Virus record (IMG/VR): IMGVR_UViG_3300017783_000007
Span: 1-64,000 of that record
Origin: a virus
DNA length: 64,000 bases
Strand: one strand, 5' to 3'
Of this stretch, positions 60,401 through 64,000 are shown in pieces. Numbering within the stretch: the first letter of the stretch is position 1; each line of letters starts with the position of its first letter. Under the pieces are notes generated by a model that saw nothing but the letters and a program-made list of their open reading frames with translations, was not told where the DNA came from and ran no database searches. A program made the position numbers and the translations under genes.

Positions 60401-61280
60401 GAGCCAAAGATGCTACTAGAGCATTTGTATTTTCTGTTAAAAATTTTAAAGCAGGAGTTAGAGTATTGATTACCCCTACCTTTAATACATTCACCAAGTC
60501 ATCAAAAGATTTTGTAAACTGAGAAACAACAAAAGCGTCATCCCCCATAATTTCTCCAAGGCGCCCAAACTTTTTATCGGCTTCTTCAAGCACAAAATTA
60601 GTTACTGCCTGAGTTCTTTGAAAGGCATTCAAATCGTTAGCAGCAAGCCCTATACTAGCGGCATACTCTTCTGTAGCAGGCTTTAGTCTAAGAATAATAC
60701 CTAGTTCGTCTAAAAGTTCTGGTTCTGCTTTTGTTGTACCACGGATTAAACGATTAAAAGAATCAGTTAAATCTCTACCTAGGGCAACGGAAGAGTTCTG
60801 GGCAGCTTTTGCAAGACCCTCGAGTTGACCCGCTGTTAAGCCTGCAGCACTACCTATGGCTGTTGCTGATGCAGCTTCTTGATACTTTAACTGTCCGCTG
60901 GTTGCAGCTTGTAACGATTTAGTAATACCAGCAAAGTTTGTGCCAGTAACAGCTCCATAAATTTCTTGAGATTCTATAAGATTTTTGTAGTTGGAAGCAC
61001 TGGACAGGAATTGGAAAGCTGCACTAACAGCGAATACCTGGGCAGCCAAAGTAGCGTAGGCAGGAACTAATCCTCCGGATATTCCTTGAGCCATTTTGGA
61101 AAAGTTTTTGGTACCATTTGCAGATGCCTGAGCAGCTCCCTTAAGACGCCTGTCCGCAGTAAGACCCCCTTTACCTGCTTCATTTAAGGCTATTCCAAGT
61201 TTTTTTGCGCTTACAGCTACTCTTTCTGTAGTACCTTTGTCATCAACTACTACATCTATATATATTTTATTCTTGGCCAT
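57426..61280 (-). CDS. Tape measure protein (T5 pb2-like)
   Basis: 1284 aa, helical, with hydrophobic segments; LGRDLTDSFNRL..G..K.EPELLDELG; position after the chaperones. Confidence 0.9.
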   Translation of the reverse strand: MAKNKIYIDVVVDDKGTTERVAVSAKKLGIALNEAGKGGLTADRRLKGAAQASANGTKNFSKMAQGISGGLVPAYATLAAQVFAVSAAFQFLSSASNYKNLIESQEIYGAVTGTNFAGITKSLQAATSGQLKYQEAASATAIGSAAGLTAGQLEGLAKAAQNSSVALGRDLTDSFNRLIRGTTKAEPELLDELGIILRLKPATEEYAASIGLAANDLNAFQRTQAVTNFVLEEADKKFGRLGEIMGDDAFVVSQFTKSFDDLVNVLKVGVINTLTPALKFLTENTNALVASLALFAIPITKSILPSLDDWADSSKKAARSANIAFIRSKKVLQEQREEVEKLSDTQEKALKRANKLSKKALSPDTAGAKSGKGGIDFLSGNTDDKRAGASAKRILDSAEKNIDDTGKVITGKLKGYNAAQVADLRKSYTIRTQIVDEQMKKQVTLKTRAFARLKVGYRAVGVVGVGAFGMIQRAGVLAVKGIDKAFKLASFVGMAFLLFDLGKEAYNFLFGTEDAASKLNEELERTNDRLSETAEFLSKINQTRAEGLVDLTQQATQTGRALATVNIPLFIAEVNKLQKLEAGSDEFNKLKESIEKTTSELEKVNPAFKALSIELEQTGSISEKSAQQYRKLDVELRGYGQALEALSQVQKDFKAQLSSITGAVAVSPYDKLSQSVSRLVDTSKDALKGLEAESAVRKTTNANTLASLREQKKAADAELIAAGRRNNSRKRSAQSAVKVLEKDIALAEQRGQTEAAQDKDTIARLKAQSTEAANFQKALEKRIGTIRQNETEILNNNRALATVNKTDRSFANQRVMAQQTTISLSNKVLELKNKELIAEAALETAIKSSGKEGSLAVTEAAIGLARARDSLHIGEQQLNQRQLIVDEQITGIDLAEKLNNIERQRLNVLNEITTTEQKIQLIKAGLGQSAGKGSIANAREARAAQELLLQQNINNLKLKEKAISGEIQKESNKKEEADQVKLTNLLAQEASIQKTLLNTRQQLDISQRLEEVERNKLLGTTENLRVQSQMFSMSGIQQKINDEILRQKNAGVVMDSTQIALIEEQIKQQESLNVLINMQERLRDGLTQGLTNGLDGLVQGTMTVKQAFANMGLSVLRIISRIVSEMLVARLLLAAFGGVGTTVAPTQNLANQASAGASAQVANATKSIGFASRRYGGIAKGYSEGGIARGRNAGYPAILHGTEAVVPLPNGNAIPVEMTGGGTSNNTIGININIDNQGNASSTQNEASQQNQAAALGKVVASVVQEELHKQKRPGGILSRYGAA

Positions 61281-61720
61281 TACCCTTTAACATTATGGGT
61301 GAAACTTTGTCCACCGCTGGAGGATTTTTGCTTTCGCTCTTCCGCTTTTCGCTGCTCTTCTGACTTCTTAGATCGGTAGGACACTAAAAGGCTTTCATAA
61401 ATTTTTGCAAAGAAAAAAATATCTTTGCTGTTATCCATATCGTATACTCTAACAATGTACTCGAAGGAGGACCATTCTTTTCCTAAATATACTCCTGACA
61501 TCCCATCCCATCTATCTGGCATTAAATCGAACACAAAAAATGCCGCTTGAACCTCTTCCGGAAATACAGAAGTGCTCAGCGGCATTTTATCAGGGTCTGG
61601 TTCCTCTCCCAACTGCTCACATATAGTTAGATACTTAGAAATATCAAAGGAGGAATCTGACTCCTTTATAGCGCGCTCAAGTAGCGTTATTATCTCAGCT
61701 ACTTGTTGCTCGTAAAATTT
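61280..61720 (-). CDS. Tail assembly chaperone, downstream (T-like) frame, probably reached by -1 frameshift
   Basis: The -1 frame is open from the slippery site at 61720 (FYEQQVAEII...CEQLGEEPDP) to the stop at 61280. Confidence 0.75.
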   Translation of the reverse strand, partial: KFYEQQVAEIITLLERAIKESDSSFDISKYLTICEQLGEEPDPDKMPLSTSVFPEEVQAAFFVFDLMPDRWDGMSGVYLGKEWSSFEYIVRVYDMDNSKDIFFFAKIYESLLVSYRSKKSEEQRKAEERKQKSSSGGQSFTHNVKG

Positions 61721-62121
61721 TCCAAGTCACCTACAGTCTCTGTAATCCAAGTATCAAAAGAGTTTGCATTCTTCATCAACAACTCTGCATTATCAGATGT
61801 GTACGGGAGGCAGTCATCAGGATCAAGAGCTGATATATCCACCAAAAGAAGCTCTTCTAGGTAACGATATTTTAAGCCTTTCCATCCTTTAATCACTGCT
61901 TTGCAGTATTCTACTAAGAACTTATCTTCGTCTAAATCTTCCTCAGGTTGATGAGTCTTCTTATTAAACTTTGTAGAAATACACTTTTTACGTAGCTTAA
62001 TGAGCTCTTCTCTTGCAAGGTAGCATACATCAATAGACATTCCAGAGTATCCTGGAAAATCAATAGTAACTGTTTTACTAGGAGTCATAAGACTGGCTAG
62101 TGAAATAGGCGAATCGGTCAT
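61699..62121 (-). CDS. Tail assembly chaperone (G-like)
   Basis: Between tube and tape measure genes; IKGWKGL; ends with A-AAT-TTT heptamer. Confidence 0.8.
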   Translation of the reverse strand: MTDSPISLASLMTPSKTVTIDFPGYSGMSIDVCYLAREELIKLRKKCISTKFNKKTHQPEEDLDEDKFLVEYCKAVIKGWKGLKYRYLEELLLVDISALDPDDCLPYTSDNAELLMKNANSFDTWITETVGDLENFTSNK

Positions 62122-62156
62122 TTGGGAATCCTTTTTATTATCAAACTTTAGATCAT

Positions 62157-62196
62157 AGTATATTCTATGGTAGGAGAAATGTCAAGAATTATTTTT
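62157..62196 (-). promoter_or_regulatory. Sigma70-type promoter for the chaperone/tape measure/tip operon
   Basis: On the - strand: AAAAATAATTC-TTGACA-N17-TATACT. Confidence 0.85.
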
Positions 62197-62208
62197 GCTT
62201 GGTGTAAT

Positions 62209-62233
62209 AAAAAAGGGGCCGAAGCCCCTTTTT
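62209..62233 (-). terminator. Rho-independent terminator after the major tail gene
   Basis: On the - strand: GGGGC-TTCG-GCCCC-TTTTTT. Confidence 0.9.
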
Positions 62234-62249
62234 GTAAGGTAGGTTTTAA

Positions 62250-63374
62250 CTATGCACCTACATACTTCAATGCTACTTCGTCTGTACTACTAATTGTATC
62301 TGGCAGAGCCTGAAAATTAGTTTCAAGGGAGATAACATCATCAATGCTGTGCGCAGGAATCTCAAAGTGAGAATGATCCATAGCCAACTCTAGGCGAGGA
62401 GTACCGGAGGCTCCACCCACCTTAAACGTTGTTGCAAACTCGTTTGTAATCTTACCCAAAGCTCCAGAAGAGGTTAGGTCATTAAAGAAGTCAGTAGACG
62501 TACCATTATTAGCAACAGTGTCCAAGTTTAGATAACATGTAAAGTTACCAGACACAGTACGAGCACCTGTTACGTGACCTACTGGAGTGTTTACAATACC
62601 AAGTTCTTCCGGAGTAATAAAGGTAATATTATTTGAAATAGTAATACTGCCTCCTGTCAAAGTAAGGTTATATACACCGTTACTATTTGCTCCAGGGAAT
62701 GTAGTAGTATCTGTCGCCGTAATACTTAACTGAGTTAGTCGGTTACGAATAAAGTTATCTGTTGCCGTAATATCTTCTGTCAAAGTCGGAGTAGGAGCAC
62801 TGTCCTGAGTAACTGTGTTAGCAAAGCCAGACCAGTTAATAGTAGCCAAACCATCGATATCAAAATCAATCGTAGCTTCGTTTACAACTGCGCCAGATAA
62901 CTTATATACCACAGGATTCGTTGTTCCGCCCATCTTAAAATATAAGTTAGCAGTTCCTAATGTAGATTTGTTTGAATCTGAAAAACTAATATCAAGATCG
63001 GTTGTATCTCTTGTAAAGCCGGTAAAACTACTGCTGCTATACGCCGCATCTCCCGCCATCAATGCCCACAAAACTTCCTCTACAGCATGGTGACTATTAG
63101 CAACAGTATTTACCGCTCCTGGACCAGTGCCTGCAGATTTAAAAGGACGAACATATGTAGAAAACGACCATTCAGCTGGGGCTAATGAGTCATTAAAGAA
63201 TGCTCGACCACGACGGGATACTCCCGCACTACTTTCCATTTCAGCCAAAGTAACTTCAGTTGAGTTAGAATCTTGAGAAAAGCTAAATCCATCAAGTACA
63301 GGAAGTTCCCATACGTCGGATCCAATTTCAACATAAAGTTTAGTATCTCTACTAAAATACAATACGTCAGCCAT
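62250..63374 (-). CDS. Major tail tube protein (T5 pb6-like, apparently without C-terminal Ig domain)
   Basis: QDSNST.VT, RG...FNDSL.PAEWSFSTY, DIDG.ATI.WSG, ITGGS.TI.NNITF.TP match my recall of pb6. Confidence 0.88.
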   Translation of the reverse strand: MADVLYFSRDTKLYVEIGSDVWELPVLDGFSFSQDSNSTEVTLAEMESSAGVSRRGRAFFNDSLAPAEWSFSTYVRPFKSAGTGPGAVNTVANSHHAVEEVLWALMAGDAAYSSSSFTGFTRDTTDLDISFSDSNKSTLGTANLYFKMGGTTNPVVYKLSGAVVNEATIDFDIDGLATINWSGFANTVTQDSAPTPTLTEDITATDNFIRNRLTQLSITATDTTTFPGANSNGVYNLTLTGGSITISNNITFITPEELGIVNTPVGHVTGARTVSGNFTCYLNLDTVANNGTSTDFFNDLTSSGALGKITNEFATTFKVGGASGTPRLELAMDHSHFEIPAHSIDDVISLETNFQALPDTISSTDEVALKYVGA

Positions 63375-63435
63375 AGTAATCTCCTATGCATCTTGAAAAG
63401 ACTTGGACGTGAACATTTGTTCGTGCCAGTATTTT

Positions 63436-63891
63436 CTAATATTGAACCTCAATGAGTATTTCTCCTACTCCTAAAGGTTCCAAAACACCTTCGTCAGTAT
63501 CTATACTAACTACTGTGATTTGTTGAGTTTGAAAGATGTTATTTAAAGAGTCAAAGTACTCTAACCTAGAGTTTTCTTCTACTACAGTTTCAATATCTTC
63601 CATTAATTTATTTAAGGCTTCTTGAGCGCCTTCTTCATTAACATAACAACGAATAGTTATTACTAAAAATCTGTCCTTGAAGCCGCCGCCTTGATAAGTT
63701 CTTGTCTCACTTCCTGCATTTAAATGTACTGCAGGAAACTCGTCTACCTCGTCCCAAAACTTTAAAAAAGGAAAAACTTGATTATTTAAATCAACCAAGT
63801 ATTGACCCGCGCCATTGATGTCTTTTAGTTTTGCCGTCAAAGCTTCTACAATATTAGATCGCCTAGAAGTGTATACGCGTTCCGTAGCCAT
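63436..63891 (-). CDS. Tail terminator (T5 p142-like)
   Basis: KF.DEV.EFP, G.ET..Y, SIDTDEG.L.P.G. Confidence 0.8.
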   Translation of the reverse strand: MATERVYTSRRSNIVEALTAKLKDINGAGQYLVDLNNQVFPFLKFWDEVDEFPAVHLNAGSETRTYQGGGFKDRFLVITIRCYVNEEGAQEALNKLMEDIETVVEENSRLEYFDSLNNIFQTQQITVVSIDTDEGVLEPLGVGEILIEVQY

Positions 63892-64000
63892 TAATTTCTC
63901 CTAGTATACAATCGTGTAGTTACTAACTGTGCTGCTATCTGTCGTATAGACGCATCTATTAAAGTTCTAGGATCTCTTTCGACATCACTAAATCTAGAGC
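63891..64000 (-). CDS. 3' end of tail completion protein (T5 p143-like), truncated by window edge
   Basis: ...ERDPRTLIDASIRQIAAQLVTTRLYTRRN*; synteny. Confidence 0.6.
   Translation of the reverse strand, partial: SRFSDVERDPRTLIDASIRQIAAQLVTTRLYTRRN

Noticed and set aside
25251-63455. Many + strand ORFs opposite structural genes
   Set aside because: Antisense shadows of T/S/G/A-rich genes, with no RBS or recognisable motifs.
1-64000. Stop-codon recoding, introns/inteins, tRNAs, integrase
   Set aside because: Genes tile densely under the standard code, core enzymes have normal lengths, and no intergenic gap shows a cloverleaf by eye. tRNAscan was not run.

Overview
This window is 64 kb of a lytic, T5-related (Demerecviridae-like) siphovirus genome, probably aquatic or marine. 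All family calls come from my recall of motifs and T5/lambda gene order; no database search was run. The + strand arm (1-22.7 kb) follows the T5 replication gene order: D2, D3, PC4-like SSB, split NAD-dependent ligase, D5, DnaB-like helicase, primase, PolA and D10-D15. It differs from T5 in nucleotide and one-carbon metabolism, carrying thyX, glutaredoxin, a dATP/dGTP diphosphohydrolase-like gene, a MazG-like gene, phoH, glyA and nrdAB, with no dUTPase after D15. A bidirectional terminator at about 22.72 kb separates this arm from the - strand tail module. That module has T5-like tail completion, terminator and tube genes, a chaperone pair with a predicted -1 frameshift, a tape measure gene, a lambda-like M-L-K-I-J tip and a T5 p132-like collar gene. 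These are followed by about 26 kb of fibre/adhesin genes. The most notable observation is that these fibre proteins carry paired short modules that match one-to-one in gene order. This suggests a daisy-chained, branched fibre assembled from about 10 or more gene products, which is an inference from sequence pattern only.
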